Below are positions 39,377-51,689 of a stretch of DNA of 64,000 nucleotides, piece after piece. Origin of the DNA: an uncultured Gammaproteobacteria bacterium (GTDB lineage: Bacteria; Patescibacteriota; Patescibacteriia; UBA1558; GWA2-36-10); the NCBI GenBank assembly GCA_964515785.1, contig CAZEWH010000001.1, forward strand, positions 11,730-75,729. Direction: 5' to 3'. Under the pieces are notes generated by a model. That model was not told where the DNA came from. It was given only the letters and a program-made list of their open reading frames with translations, and ran no database searches. The position numbers were made by a program, and so were the translations under genes. Within the stretch, counting starts at the first letter, position 1. Every line of letters starts with the position of its first letter.

Positions 39377-39405
39377 GGACCACGTTATTGCGTGGTCTTT
39401 TTTAT
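39377..39405 (+). terminator. intrinsic terminator (GACCACG-TTATTG-CGTGGTC + T-run)
   Basis: hairpin followed by TTTTTTATTTT. Confidence 0.75.
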
Positions 39406-39406
39406 T

Positions 39407-39434
39407 TTGCTAAAAATAGTTTATTTGTTATAAT
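39407..39434 (+). promoter_or_regulatory. promoter TTGCTA-N16-TATAAT producing near-leaderless mRNA for 39441 gene
   Basis: -10 ends 6-7 nt before ATG 39441; no SD. Confidence 0.5.
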
Positions 39435-39440
39435 AAAATT

Positions 39441-41045
39441 ATGAAATTTAAAGATTGGATAATAAATGGTTTTCCTAATTCGATGTTATGGTTTATTGTA
39501 GTAACTTTTGTATTGTATGTTATGAATTTAAATATCATCGCTGTGTTATTATCTTTAACATTTTTTGTATTCTCAATTTTTTATTTTATATACAATTTGC
39601 CTTTTCAAAATAAGAAAAAATCTATAGTAATTTTTCTTAATTTATTATTTAGTGCTTTTTTTGCCTTTTTTGTTGTACTTTTTGAATTTGCAGATCCGGA
39701 GGGTATTATAGTACCAATATGGTTATTTGCAAGTCTATTTTATATATTAATAAACATTAATGTTTTAACTAAAAGAACATTAAAGGAAAGTAAAAATAAT
39801 CACGATTATGATAATGTTAAAAGTAATAATAATGAAATAGAACATCATAAACATAATATTAAAAATAACAACATTAAAGTAAAACATTATTTATTATTCA
39901 CTATATTAGATAATATTTTTGCTGTTATCTTATTTATATGGGCTATCTTTCTTATTATAGATGATTTAGGTAGTAGTGGCTTAGGGTCAGGATGGGTAGC
40001 TATAGGTTTAAGTTTTTGGGGTATAATAGCTTTTATTATTTGGTATATTTTAAATTTAAAATTGATTAAATTGATACATAATAAAAAATCTTTTATAAAA
40101 TTATCAACTATCATGATTTTTATTCAATTAGTTGTGTTTATTCCAGTCGTTTATTTTAGCTATGATGATATTGTTGATGATATGAGGAGTAAAAGAGATA
40201 ATGATATCTTAAGTAAGGCACAAAGTTATGAGGATTGTGAAAACATCCATTCTTATACTAGCAAAGAAAAATGTGCTAATAATATTTTTGATGACATAAA
40301 TGATATAGTGGGTTGTGTTCAATTAATAGCTTCTGTTAAGAATGTAAGTTCTTTTAAATGTGATGGTATAGAATATGATAGTAGTTGGTATTATAGGTTA
40401 GATGAAGTAGAAGAATATCATTTTAAAATAAAACAAGAACAACTTGAGGAAGAGATTGAATTAGCAAAGCAAGATATATTTTTGACTGTTAGAGATAACG
40501 AAGGCTTTATTGCTCGGACACTAGAATTGGGTTGTAATGAAAAGCAATATCATCGTGTTAAGGTTGATAATAAATATGAAAAGTATTACCGCCCTTGTAA
40601 TAGTGAGTGCCAATATGACATGCGTTTAAACGTGAATAAAGAGGTTACTGAATTTGAAAAAATGACTAATCTTGATAAAGAGGAAGCATGTTTAGCAAAA
40701 AAAGATTATTTTCAAAATAAAGTAGATAATTTTAATCAAGATAAATTATCTAAGCTTAGTAGTAATAAAACATTAGTAACTCTTAAGGAATTGTTGGATT
40801 ATTTTTATAGTTACCATCTTGATAGATGCATTTATTCATATGGACTCAATACTGTAGAGATCAACAACCAATTAAGAAACGGGATTTTAGATTTTAATTA
40901 TCTAACTGCCATTAGTAATAGATATTTTATTGATGGTATAACTATACATCCACCTAATAATACTGTGTCATCTTATGGGTGTGAGGGATATGGATTAGTG
41001 GATTATATAGAATATGAAGCATTAATTAATAAATATAAAGATTAA
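39441..41045 (+). CDS. hypothetical polytopic membrane protein with Cys-containing soluble C-terminal domain; extremely AT-rich
   Basis: 534 aa; about 8 TM helices in first 240 aa; coding GC about 25%, below genome background; own promoter and terminator. Confidence 0.6.
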   Translation: MKFKDWIINGFPNSMLWFIVVTFVLYVMNLNIIAVLLSLTFFVFSIFYFIYNLPFQNKKKSIVIFLNLLFSAFFAFFVVLFEFADPEGIIVPIWLFASLFYILININVLTKRTLKESKNNHDYDNVKSNNNEIEHHKHNIKNNNIKVKHYLLFTILDNIFAVILFIWAIFLIIDDLGSSGLGSGWVAIGLSFWGIIAFIIWYILNLKLIKLIHNKKSFIKLSTIMIFIQLVVFIPVVYFSYDDIVDDMRSKRDNDILSKAQSYEDCENIHSYTSKEKCANNIFDDINDIVGCVQLIASVKNVSSFKCDGIEYDSSWYYRLDEVEEYHFKIKQEQLEEEIELAKQDIFLTVRDNEGFIARTLELGCNEKQYHRVKVDNKYEKYYRPCNSECQYDMRLNVNKEVTEFEKMTNLDKEEACLAKKDYFQNKVDNFNQDKLSKLSSNKTLVTLKELLDYFYSYHLDRCIYSYGLNTVEINNQLRNGILDFNYLTAISNRYFIDGITIHPPNNTVSSYGCEGYGLVDYIEYEALINKYKD

Positions 41046-41067
41046 TTATTATCTATCATACAATAAA

Positions 41068-41095
41068 ACAGACCTTGAAAGGGGTCTGTTTTTTC
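41068..41095 (+). terminator. intrinsic terminator (ACAGACC..GGTCTGT + T6)
   Basis: hairpin + TTTTTT. Confidence 0.75.
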
Positions 41096-41157
41096 GCCCT
41101 TCGGTTACGCTCAGGACGTATTTTGATTTTTCTATTATTATGCGCTAAAATATAGCC

Positions 41158-44100
41158 ATGACAGTTGATTTGTCACAACTAAATAAAGCACAAAAACAGG
41201 CGGTCACTCACGATCAAGGGCCGGCTATTTTGATTGCTGGAGCTGGTACTGGTAAGACTACTGTGATTACACAAAGAATAGCTCATCTGATAGAACAAAA
41301 AAAAGCTACTCCAGAAGAAATATTGGCTGTGACTTTTACTGAAAAAGCAGCTGGTGAGATGGCTGAGCGAATAGATCAGCTTTTGCCTTTAGGATATTCT
41401 GATCTATGGATTCATACTTTTCATGGATTTTGTGAGCGTATCCTCAAAGACTATGCTATAGACATTGGCTTGCCAAATGATTTCAAATTATTAGATGGTA
41501 CAGCAGCTTGGCTATTGGTTCGACAAAATTTAGATAAGTTTAAATTAGACTATTATAAGCCTTTAGGGAATCCTACAAGATTTGTCCATGCTTTGTTACA
41601 ACATTTTTCTCGTTGTAAAGACGAAGTCATTTATCCAGAAGATTATCTCAAGCACGCTGAAAATATTCACCTTGATACTGATCAAGCTGCTGACCGCGAA
41701 GAAGTAGAGCAAGAGAGCAAGAGAATCAGGGAAGTGGCTGAAGCTTATCATGTTTATCAGCAATTGTTACTAGACAACAATGCTTTAGACTTTGGTGATT
41801 TGATAAATTATACTCTAAAATTATTTCAAAAACGAAAAAATATTTTAGAAAAATTTCAGCAGCAATTTAAATATATTTTAGTCGATGAATTTCAAGATAC
41901 AAATTGGGCTCAATATGAATTGATCAAATTATTGGCAGAGCCAAAAAATAATATCATGGTCGTGGGTGATGATGATCAGGCTATTTATAAATTTCGCGGA
42001 GCTGCTATTTCCAATATTTTGAATTTTCAAAAAGAATATAAACAAGTGGCTGAAATATTTTTGACAGACAATTATAGATCAGGTCAAAAAATACTAGATA
42101 CTGCTTATAATTTTATTCAGCTCAACAATCCAGACAGACTGGAGTTTGTATTTAAAAACCCAGCCTCCGCCAAGGCTTCGGCGGGCAGGGAAAAATTGAG
42201 CAAGTATTTAAAGAGCCATATAGAAAATAAAGGCGAGGTAAAAGTTTTGTCTTTTGCTGACAAAAATTCTGAAATAGACGGCATCTTAAATAAAATAGTT
42301 GATCTTAAGAAGAAAAACAAAGATTTGCAATGGTCTGATTTTGCAATTTTAGTGCGAGCCAATGACCAAGCCCAGGGATTTGTATCTATGATGCGTAAAA
42401 TCGGTGTCCCACACCAGTTTATGGCTTCTCGGGGCTTGTATGCTCAGGATATTGTCTTAGATATTATTGCTTATTTAAAATTATTAGATAATTATCATGA
42501 ATCCCCAGCTTTGTTTAGAATCTTAAGTTTGCCGATCACTGGTCTAGATATCAAGACAATTATTAATTTGACGCATTTGTCGAATAAAAAACGCTGGAGC
42601 TTGTATTATACTTTGCAACACTACAAAGGTGAACTTAATATTTCGCTAGGCGAAGAAAGAATAATTCAAGAAATTTTTAATAATATAAATAAACATACAG
42701 AACTTGCTAAAAGCAAACCAGTTTCCCAAGTAGTTTATCAATGGCTAGAAGATAGTGGTTATCTCCAGATGTTGACCATTGAAGATAGTCAGTACAACAA
42801 AGAACAGCTTGGATTTTTGAATCAATTTTATAGAAAGATACGTTCTTGGGAAGAAGAAGCTTTAGCTCCTACTGTACATGATTTTATTGAATCTATGGAA
42901 ATGGAGCTAGAGTCCGGTGAACAAGGTGCAATGCAATATGACCAAGAAGCTGGACCTGATGTAGTCAAAGTCATGACAGTTCATGGAGCCAAAGGCCTAG
43001 AATTCAAATATATTTTTGTCAGCAATTTAGTGCACTTGAGATTTCCAAGTACTAGCCGCAAAGATCCGATTGAGATGCCAGAAGAATTTATCAAAGAAGA
43101 CTTACCTTCTGGTGATGCACATTTGCAAGAAGAAAGAAGATTATTTTATGTTGCTTTGACTCGAGCCAAGTTGGGTGTTTATCTGACTTGGGCCAAAGAC
43201 TATGGCGGAGCTCGGGAGAAAAAGCCTTCTCGATTTTTGGAAGAAATCAAAATCAAACATCAGCCTATCAAAGCTGATCAAATCAAAGAACCTAAAGATG
43301 TTGATCAAAAACTAGTTGATGTCAAATTTGCTTTACCCAAGACTTTTTCTTTTTCGCAGCTTAAGGCTTATGAAACTTGCCCACGGCAATATTATTATAA
43401 TTGGATTGCTAAAGTACCAATCAAAGGCAATGCTGTATTTTCTTTTGGACAGACTATGCATAGTACTTTGCACAAGTTTTATAAACTAGTCAAAGAAAGA
43501 TCAGAAGCTAGTCAGCAAGACTTATTTAATAAAGCTTCAAAAATAAAATATCCTGATCAAAAAGATTTGTTGAAATTTTATGAGGAGTCCTGGATAGATG
43601 ATTGGTATAATTCAGCTGAACAAAAAGAAGAATATCGTAAAAATGGCGTCAGAATATTGCAGGAATATTATGATGAACATAAAAATAAATTAACTGTGCC
43701 TTTGCATTTAGAAAAAGGTTTTACTATTAAAATCAAAAACTATTCTTTGCGAGGTGTAATAGATAGAGTAGATACAGACAAAGCAGGCGAGTGGCAGATT
43801 ATTGATTACAAAACAGGTCGCCCCAAAGACAAAGTTACTTTTGAAGATAAAAAGCAATTGTTGCTTTATCAGATAGCAGCTGACGAAGTCTTCAAATCTA
43901 AAACAAAAAATCTTGCATTTTATTATTTGGACAATAATACTGCAGTTGATTTTGTCGGCACTGAATCTGAAATTACCAAAACCAAAGATTGGGTGGTCAA
44001 ATCTATAGATAATATTTTGTCAGCTGATTTTACAGCCAAGCCTGGTAATCCTTGCCAGTACTGTGACTTTAAGCAGATTTGTCCTTTTGTCAAAAAATAA
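41158..44100 (+). CDS. UvrD/PcrA-family SF1 helicase fused to C-terminal Cas4/AddB-like PD-(D/E)xK nuclease with Cys cluster
   Basis: 980 aa; Walker A GAGTGKT, UvrD motifs; C-terminus C-x5-Y..D..IIDYKTG..C-x2-C-x5-C (iron-sulfur RecB-nuclease-type cluster). Confidence 0.9.
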   Translation: MTVDLSQLNKAQKQAVTHDQGPAILIAGAGTGKTTVITQRIAHLIEQKKATPEEILAVTFTEKAAGEMAERIDQLLPLGYSDLWIHTFHGFCERILKDYAIDIGLPNDFKLLDGTAAWLLVRQNLDKFKLDYYKPLGNPTRFVHALLQHFSRCKDEVIYPEDYLKHAENIHLDTDQAADREEVEQESKRIREVAEAYHVYQQLLLDNNALDFGDLINYTLKLFQKRKNILEKFQQQFKYILVDEFQDTNWAQYELIKLLAEPKNNIMVVGDDDQAIYKFRGAAISNILNFQKEYKQVAEIFLTDNYRSGQKILDTAYNFIQLNNPDRLEFVFKNPASAKASAGREKLSKYLKSHIENKGEVKVLSFADKNSEIDGILNKIVDLKKKNKDLQWSDFAILVRANDQAQGFVSMMRKIGVPHQFMASRGLYAQDIVLDIIAYLKLLDNYHESPALFRILSLPITGLDIKTIINLTHLSNKKRWSLYYTLQHYKGELNISLGEERIIQEIFNNINKHTELAKSKPVSQVVYQWLEDSGYLQMLTIEDSQYNKEQLGFLNQFYRKIRSWEEEALAPTVHDFIESMEMELESGEQGAMQYDQEAGPDVVKVMTVHGAKGLEFKYIFVSNLVHLRFPSTSRKDPIEMPEEFIKEDLPSGDAHLQEERRLFYVALTRAKLGVYLTWAKDYGGAREKKPSRFLEEIKIKHQPIKADQIKEPKDVDQKLVDVKFALPKTFSFSQLKAYETCPRQYYYNWIAKVPIKGNAVFSFGQTMHSTLHKFYKLVKERSEASQQDLFNKASKIKYPDQKDLLKFYEESWIDDWYNSAEQKEEYRKNGVRILQEYYDEHKNKLTVPLHLEKGFTIKIKNYSLRGVIDRVDTDKAGEWQIIDYKTGRPKDKVTFEDKKQLLLYQIAADEVFKSKTKNLAFYYLDNNTAVDFVGTESEITKTKDWVVKSIDNILSADFTAKPGNPCQYCDFKQICPFVKK

Positions 44101-44110
44101 TAATTATAAT

Positions 44111-44169
44111 ACCCCCACTGTCGCTGCCGCGACATCTCCCCCTAGACTAGGGGGAGACTGAGAGGGGGT
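44111..44169. repeat. nested GC-rich palindrome (ACCCCC..TGTCGC-TGCC-GCGACA..TCTCCCCCTAG-AC-TAGGGGGAGA..GGGGGT)
   Basis: three hairpins; outer ACCCCC/GGGGGT. Confidence 0.6.
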
Positions 44170-44181
44170 ACAAGTAAGAAA

Positions 44182-44547
44182 ATGCGATTAAAATTTAATA
44201 ATCCAAATTTAAAACCAACAAGACAAGAATTGCGTAATAAAATGACGCAAGCAGAAGTTTTATTATGGGGTAAAATTAGAGATAAGAAATTATTAGGGTA
44301 TAAATTCCGTAGACAATACAGTGTCGGCCCATTCATTTTAGATTTTTATTGTCCAAAGTTAAAATTAGCTATAGAATTAGACGGCAGTCAACACGCTCAA
44401 GAAGAGCAAGAAAGATATGACGAAGGCCGAACTAATTATTTAAATGATCGTGATATAATAGTTATTAGATATTGGAATAACGAAATTATAGAAGATATAG
44501 AAAATGTGTATTTAGATATTATAAATAAAATAGAAGATTTAAAATAA
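44182..44547 (+). CDS. DUF559 / Vsr-like endonuclease-domain protein
   Basis: 121 aa; LRNKMTQAEVLLWGKIRDKKLLGYKFRRQYSVGPFILDFYCPKLKLAIELDGSQH typical DUF559 core. Confidence 0.8.
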   Translation: MRLKFNNPNLKPTRQELRNKMTQAEVLLWGKIRDKKLLGYKFRRQYSVGPFILDFYCPKLKLAIELDGSQHAQEEQERYDEGRTNYLNDRDIIVIRYWNNEIIEDIENVYLDIINKIEDLK

Positions 44548-44551
44548 TTAT

Positions 44552-44887
44552 ATGGATTTTCAAATTATTAGATCTAAAGATCTACAAGAAAAAGATTTTG
44601 GAGCTACAAAGACTACCAACTTGTTTGAATTTAATGAGTTTAGTATTGCCAAAGTTAGGAAAGTTTCCGATGATATCAAACTTGGTTATGATACAGAGAG
44701 CAATGTGGTTTATTATGTTTTAGAAGGGGAGGGTGATTGTGTTATCGAGAACACAAAATATCATATAAATAAAGGTGATTTAATTTTTTATCCAAAAGGA
44801 ACAAAGTATAAGCACTTAGAAGGTTTAACCCTATTGGCTATAGCTTCACCGCCTTTTGATAGAAATAAAAGAAAATATGTTGAATAA
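44552..44887 (+). CDS. cupin-fold small protein
   Basis: 111 aa; beta-rich; VLEGEGDCVIENTKYHINKGDLIFYPKG cupin-like strand pattern. Confidence 0.5.
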   Translation: MDFQIIRSKDLQEKDFGATKTTNLFEFNEFSIAKVRKVSDDIKLGYDTESNVVYYVLEGEGDCVIENTKYHINKGDLIFYPKGTKYKHLEGLTLLAIASPPFDRNKRKYVE

Positions 44888-44894
44888 TTAATAT

Positions 44895-45191
44895 ATGTCT
44901 TGGGATACTTTCAAAAATATAGCCAGTGAGCAATTAGATAAAAAAGGTATGACTGACCAAATGCAGGAGTCTCTGGTATTAGTAGAGGCCAATAATTTGT
45001 TAAATAATTTTTTTGGTGAAGAATTTAAAGATAAAGCTAGGGCAATTTATTGGAGAGACAATATTTTGACAATTGCTATTTTGATTGACGACTTGGCTGA
45101 AAAATTAGATAATAATAAACAGCAGTTTATAGACGATTTAAATAATAGATTTACTAGCATCTTGGTAAGTGAAATAAAATTTTTGATATAA
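44895..45191 (+). CDS. hypothetical small protein
   Basis: 98 aa; tightly packed in 4-gene run. Confidence 0.4.
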   Translation: MSWDTFKNIASEQLDKKGMTDQMQESLVLVEANNLLNNFFGEEFKDKARAIYWRDNILTIAILIDDLAEKLDNNKQQFIDDLNNRFTSILVSEIKFLI

Positions 45192-45200
45192 AAACAAAAA

Positions 45201-45596
45201 ATGAAATTAAAAAAACAATATACTGTCAAAGGCATTGTAGCCTATGAAGGAAAATATCTATTATTACGTAAAGAAAATTTTACAGGAGGTGATTATGACG
45301 TGCCAGGTGGCCGTAAGTTTTTTGATGATGAGCCAGACGAAGTAACTCTAAAAAGAGAAATAAAAGAAGAAACAGATCTGGAGATAGATATTGCCAAATT
45401 TTTATATAAATGGGATATCAAATTAAAAGATCAAGGTATTCACCTAATGGGTAAGACATATCTCTGTCGAACATCATTAGATTTGGTACATTTGAGTAGT
45501 GAGCATTATAGTTTTGTTTGGGTTAAATATGATCATATTAAAAAGTTTAATTTACCTAAATGGTTGAGAATATCATTCAAAAAAATATATCATTGA
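45201..45596 (+). CDS. NUDIX hydrolase
   Basis: 131 aa; Nudix box GGRKFFDDEPDEVTLKREIKEETDL (Gx5Ex7REUxEExGU). Confidence 0.8.
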   Translation: MKLKKQYTVKGIVAYEGKYLLLRKENFTGGDYDVPGGRKFFDDEPDEVTLKREIKEETDLEIDIAKFLYKWDIKLKDQGIHLMGKTYLCRTSLDLVHLSSEHYSFVWVKYDHIKKFNLPKWLRISFKKIYH

Positions 45597-45629
45597 TTTT
45601 TTGTCCCATTTTTACTATAATTCATACTG

Positions 45630-46031
45630 ATGAATATTAAAACTTACAATATATTTATGATTCTAGCCACTGCTATAGCGTGGCTGGGTTTTTTTATTAT
45701 TATTAATAATTTTGATCCTTTTTTGGGCAATTGGACGGTTTTTACTATGTTTTATGTTGTTTTGTTTTTGGCTATTTTAGGTACTCTATCTTTATTGGGG
45801 TATTGGTGGCGTAAAATACTCAATCGTAGTAAAGAAATGCCGCGATTTTTGGTATCTGAATCTTTTCGGCAAGCTATTATTTTTTCGGCTGTAGCTATCA
45901 TAGCTTTATGGCTGCAGGCGGGACGTATTTTGACTTGGTGGAATATATTATTATTGATTGTTTCTGCTACTCTGTTAGAATTTATTATTATATTGTTTAG
46001 ACAAAACAATAGTGACAAATTAAATGCATGA
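45630..46031 (+). CDS. hypothetical membrane protein (4 TM), overlaps pheS start
   Basis: 133 aa; hydrophobic helices. Confidence 0.5.
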   Translation: MNIKTYNIFMILATAIAWLGFFIIINNFDPFLGNWTVFTMFYVVLFLAILGTLSLLGYWWRKILNRSKEMPRFLVSESFRQAIIFSAVAIIALWLQAGRILTWWNILLLIVSATLLEFIIILFRQNNSDKLNA

Positions 46032-47041
46032 TTATGAAAAAGAAATTGCAAGAGCTAAAGGCACAAGCTCAAAAAGAAATTAAAAATATTGAAGATAGTG
46101 GTGTTTTGGAAGAATTACAAAATAAATATTTAGGGCGTAAAGGTGAGTTAAATAAAATTTTGAAAGGTCTCAAAGATTTAGCTAAAGAAGAAAAACCAAA
46201 AATTGGTAAATTGGCCAATGAGATCAAAACAGAATTGTCAGATATTTTTAATAAAAGTTCTAATCTTGTCAAAAATGTCAAAGGTGCTAGTCTTGATTTT
46301 GATACTACAGTGCCAGGCCACAAACGCAAAATAGGACATCTTCATCCTTCAACGATTATTCAAAACGAAATAGAACAAGCCTTTGCCAAGATTGGTTTTA
46401 CAGTTTATGATGGTCCGCAACTTGAGTCAGATTTTTATAATTTTACTGGTCTCAATATTCCAGCTGATCATCCAGCTCGTGATACGCAAGATACTTTTTG
46501 GGTAGAAGGGGATAATTTATTACGTACTCATACTTCTCCTCTTCAAGTCAGAATGTTAGAAAAATATGGAGCACCTTTTCGTGGTATTTTTCCAGGTAGA
46601 GTTTTTCGTTATGAAGCTACTGATGCTTCTCATGATCACACTTTTTATCAACTCGAGGGTCTGATGGTTGATAAAAATATCAATATTGGCAATCTGATTG
46701 CAGTCATGAAATCTTTATTATCATCAGTGTTTCATACTGAAGTGGATGTTCGTCTGCGGCCAGGATTTTTTCCTTTTGTGGAGCCAGGTTTTGAACTAGA
46801 TATCAAGTGCTTGGTTTGTGAAGGTGAGGGTTGTTCAGTTTGTAAGCAATCTGGTTGGGTAGAATTGATGCCTTGTGGTATGGTCCATCCCAAGGTCTTG
46901 GAATACGGTGGATTAGATCCAAAACAATATTCAGGTTTTGCCTTTGGTCTAGGACTAACTAGACTAGTTATGATGAAATATAAAATAGATGATATCAGGT
47001 TATTGCAATCTGGAGATTTAAGATTTTTAAGACAATTTTAG
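46028..47041 (+). CDS. pheS: phenylalanyl-tRNA synthetase alpha subunit
   Basis: 337 aa; class II motifs 1-3; CxxC..CxxC insert. Confidence 0.95.
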   Translation: MIMKKKLQELKAQAQKEIKNIEDSGVLEELQNKYLGRKGELNKILKGLKDLAKEEKPKIGKLANEIKTELSDIFNKSSNLVKNVKGASLDFDTTVPGHKRKIGHLHPSTIIQNEIEQAFAKIGFTVYDGPQLESDFYNFTGLNIPADHPARDTQDTFWVEGDNLLRTHTSPLQVRMLEKYGAPFRGIFPGRVFRYEATDASHDHTFYQLEGLMVDKNINIGNLIAVMKSLLSSVFHTEVDVRLRPGFFPFVEPGFELDIKCLVCEGEGCSVCKQSGWVELMPCGMVHPKVLEYGGLDPKQYSGFAFGLGLTRLVMMKYKIDDIRLLQSGDLRFLRQF

Positions 47042-47042
47042 T

Positions 47043-49475
47043 ATGTATTTATCACTTAATTGGGTAAAAAATTGGATAAAGCTTCCCAAAGATATAACAG
47101 CCAAACAAATCGCTGATGATTTGACAATGGCTACTGTAGAAGTAGAAGAAATCATAGACCAAGCTGCTAGATTAGAAAATATTGTGGTAGGAAAAGTTGA
47201 AGCCATTACCAAACACCCTCAAGCTGACAAACTTCAAGTTTGTGAAGTAAAGATTGGTTCAGAAATAGTCAAGGTAGTTTGTGGTGGTAGTAATTTGCGT
47301 CAAGGTATGCTGGTAGCTTTTGCTAAAGTAGGTTCTCAAGTCAAATGGCATGGTGAAGGAGAATTAGTAAAGCTTGAATCAGCTAAAATAAGAGGAATAA
47401 AAAGTGATGGCATGATTGCGGCAGCTAGTGAAATTGGTTTGACTAATTTATTTCCACAAACATCTGAAACTGAAATTTTAGATTTATCTGATTTCAAGCT
47501 CAAAATTGGTCAGCCTTTAGCAGAAGCTCTAGAGTTAAATGATACTATTATTGATATAGATAATAAATCTATTAATCATCGTCCTGATTTGTGGGGTCAA
47601 TATGGTATTGCCCGCGAACTGGCAGCTATCTACAAAACCAAGCTCAAAGATTATGAGGTAGAGGAATTTAAGACAAAAAATGACGCTGAACTTAAAGTAA
47701 CAGTTAGAGACAAAGTAAATTGTTATCGATATTTAGGTTTGGTGATGCGCAATGTCAAAGTACAGGATTCACCCTGGTGGCTAAAAAAACAACTAGAAGC
47801 AGTTGGTATTCGGCCGATCAACAATATAGTCGATGTGACAAATTATGTGATGTATGAACTAGGCCAACCCCTACATGCTTTTGATGCCAATCAGGTAACT
47901 AACAATCATATTGAAGTAGTCAAATCTCAACAAGCTGAAAATATAGTTACCCTTGATGGAGTCAAACGTCGTTTACCAGAAGGATCTTTGATGATTGCTG
48001 ACAACAGAAAATATTTAGCCATTGCTGGTATCATGGGCGGGCAAAATAGTGAAATCAGTAGTGAGAGTACAGAGATTATCTTAGAGTCAGCCAATTTCAA
48101 AGCTAGTTCTGTTCGTAATACATCTCAGGCTCTAGGATTGCGTAGTGAGTCTTCAGCTCGTTTTGAAAAGTCATTGGATCCCAATATAGCTAGTTTGGCT
48201 ATCAAAAAAGCCACAGCTATGATTTTGGCCCTTAATCCGGATACTTATGTAGCTAGTCAGCTGATAGATATAAATAACAATCCATTCAAAGAAATAAATT
48301 TAGAAGTCGAACATGAATTAATCAATAATATTTTTGGACAAGTTATTCCTACAGCAAATATCAAAGATATTTTGCAGCGTTTGCAATTTGAAGTAAAACA
48401 CAAGGCCAAAAAATTTACTATCAAAGTACCTAGCTTTAGGGCTACCAAAGATATTTCTATACCAGAAGACATTGTCGAAGAAGTAGCTCGTATTTATGGC
48501 TATGCAAACATCGAACCACAATTACCAACAGTGACTATTGAAGAAGCTCAAGAAGATTTGACTCATCAGGCTTCCAAAAATATAAAAACTTGGTTGGCTT
48601 TATCACAAAGCTATGATGAGGTTTATACTTATGCTTTTACTGATCAAGATTGGGCTGGCAAACTAGGATACGATCTCGAAGATCATATCAAAGTCACCAA
48701 AGCAATGAGTCCTGATATGGCTTTTATGAATTTGTCTCTCTTACCAAATTTATTCAAAAAAGCTGAAGAAAATTTACGCTGGTTCAAAGAGTTTAAAATT
48801 TTTGAATTGGATAGAATTTTTGATAAAAATACTAAAGGGCATTTTCATATAGACCAATCAAAGAAAAAATATTTACCTCTTCAAGATAAGTATTTAGCCG
48901 GGGTAGAAGTCAGTAAACAATCAGCTGCCAATACTTTTTTGTCAATCAAAGGTTTGATAGAATCTATGATGGATTATTGGAATATAGATTTTGAAATTGT
49001 ATCTACAAAATTGTCTTATGCCAATATGGCCTTTAATATCAAACATCAAGATATTATTTTAGGTAGTTTTGGTATTTTGAAAAATAAATTATTTGATGAT
49101 AATAATTTGAATATAAATATTGGCTGGTGGAATCTTGATTTTGATTTGTTAGTAAAATATATTCAACAAACAAAGCAATATAAAGCCTTGACAAAATATC
49201 CTAGTATTGATCGAGATATTGCTATTGTAGTATCCAATAATATTACTTGGCAAGAGATAGAACAAGAAGTTTCCAAAATCTCGCCTTTACTCAAACAAAT
49301 AGAATTATTTGACAGTTATACAGGTAAGGGCATTGAAGCAGGGCACAAGTCTATAGCTTTTCATCTAGAATTTCGTTCAGATGACAAGACTCTCTTGGCA
49401 GAGGATATTGATGAGTTAGTTAACAAGATTATTATCAATTTAGAGGAAAAATTTCAAGCTAAAATAAGACAATAA
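47043..49475 (+). CDS. pheT: phenylalanyl-tRNA synthetase beta subunit
   Basis: 810 aa; tRNA-binding OB domain, B3/B4, B5, FDX-ACB domains. Confidence 0.95.
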   Translation: MYLSLNWVKNWIKLPKDITAKQIADDLTMATVEVEEIIDQAARLENIVVGKVEAITKHPQADKLQVCEVKIGSEIVKVVCGGSNLRQGMLVAFAKVGSQVKWHGEGELVKLESAKIRGIKSDGMIAAASEIGLTNLFPQTSETEILDLSDFKLKIGQPLAEALELNDTIIDIDNKSINHRPDLWGQYGIARELAAIYKTKLKDYEVEEFKTKNDAELKVTVRDKVNCYRYLGLVMRNVKVQDSPWWLKKQLEAVGIRPINNIVDVTNYVMYELGQPLHAFDANQVTNNHIEVVKSQQAENIVTLDGVKRRLPEGSLMIADNRKYLAIAGIMGGQNSEISSESTEIILESANFKASSVRNTSQALGLRSESSARFEKSLDPNIASLAIKKATAMILALNPDTYVASQLIDINNNPFKEINLEVEHELINNIFGQVIPTANIKDILQRLQFEVKHKAKKFTIKVPSFRATKDISIPEDIVEEVARIYGYANIEPQLPTVTIEEAQEDLTHQASKNIKTWLALSQSYDEVYTYAFTDQDWAGKLGYDLEDHIKVTKAMSPDMAFMNLSLLPNLFKKAEENLRWFKEFKIFELDRIFDKNTKGHFHIDQSKKKYLPLQDKYLAGVEVSKQSAANTFLSIKGLIESMMDYWNIDFEIVSTKLSYANMAFNIKHQDIILGSFGILKNKLFDDNNLNINIGWWNLDFDLLVKYIQQTKQYKALTKYPSIDRDIAIVVSNNITWQEIEQEVSKISPLLKQIELFDSYTGKGIEAGHKSIAFHLEFRSDDKTLLAEDIDELVNKIIINLEEKFQAKIRQ

Positions 49476-49553
49476 AAATTACTATATTTTTTGCTAACAT
49501 TAGCTAAAAAACAGCCTAAAAATTAGGTTGTTTTTTTGTCAGAAATATGCTAA

Positions 49554-51668
<2,115 letters not shown>

Positions 51669-51689
51669 TTACAATTAACTTACAAGCAT

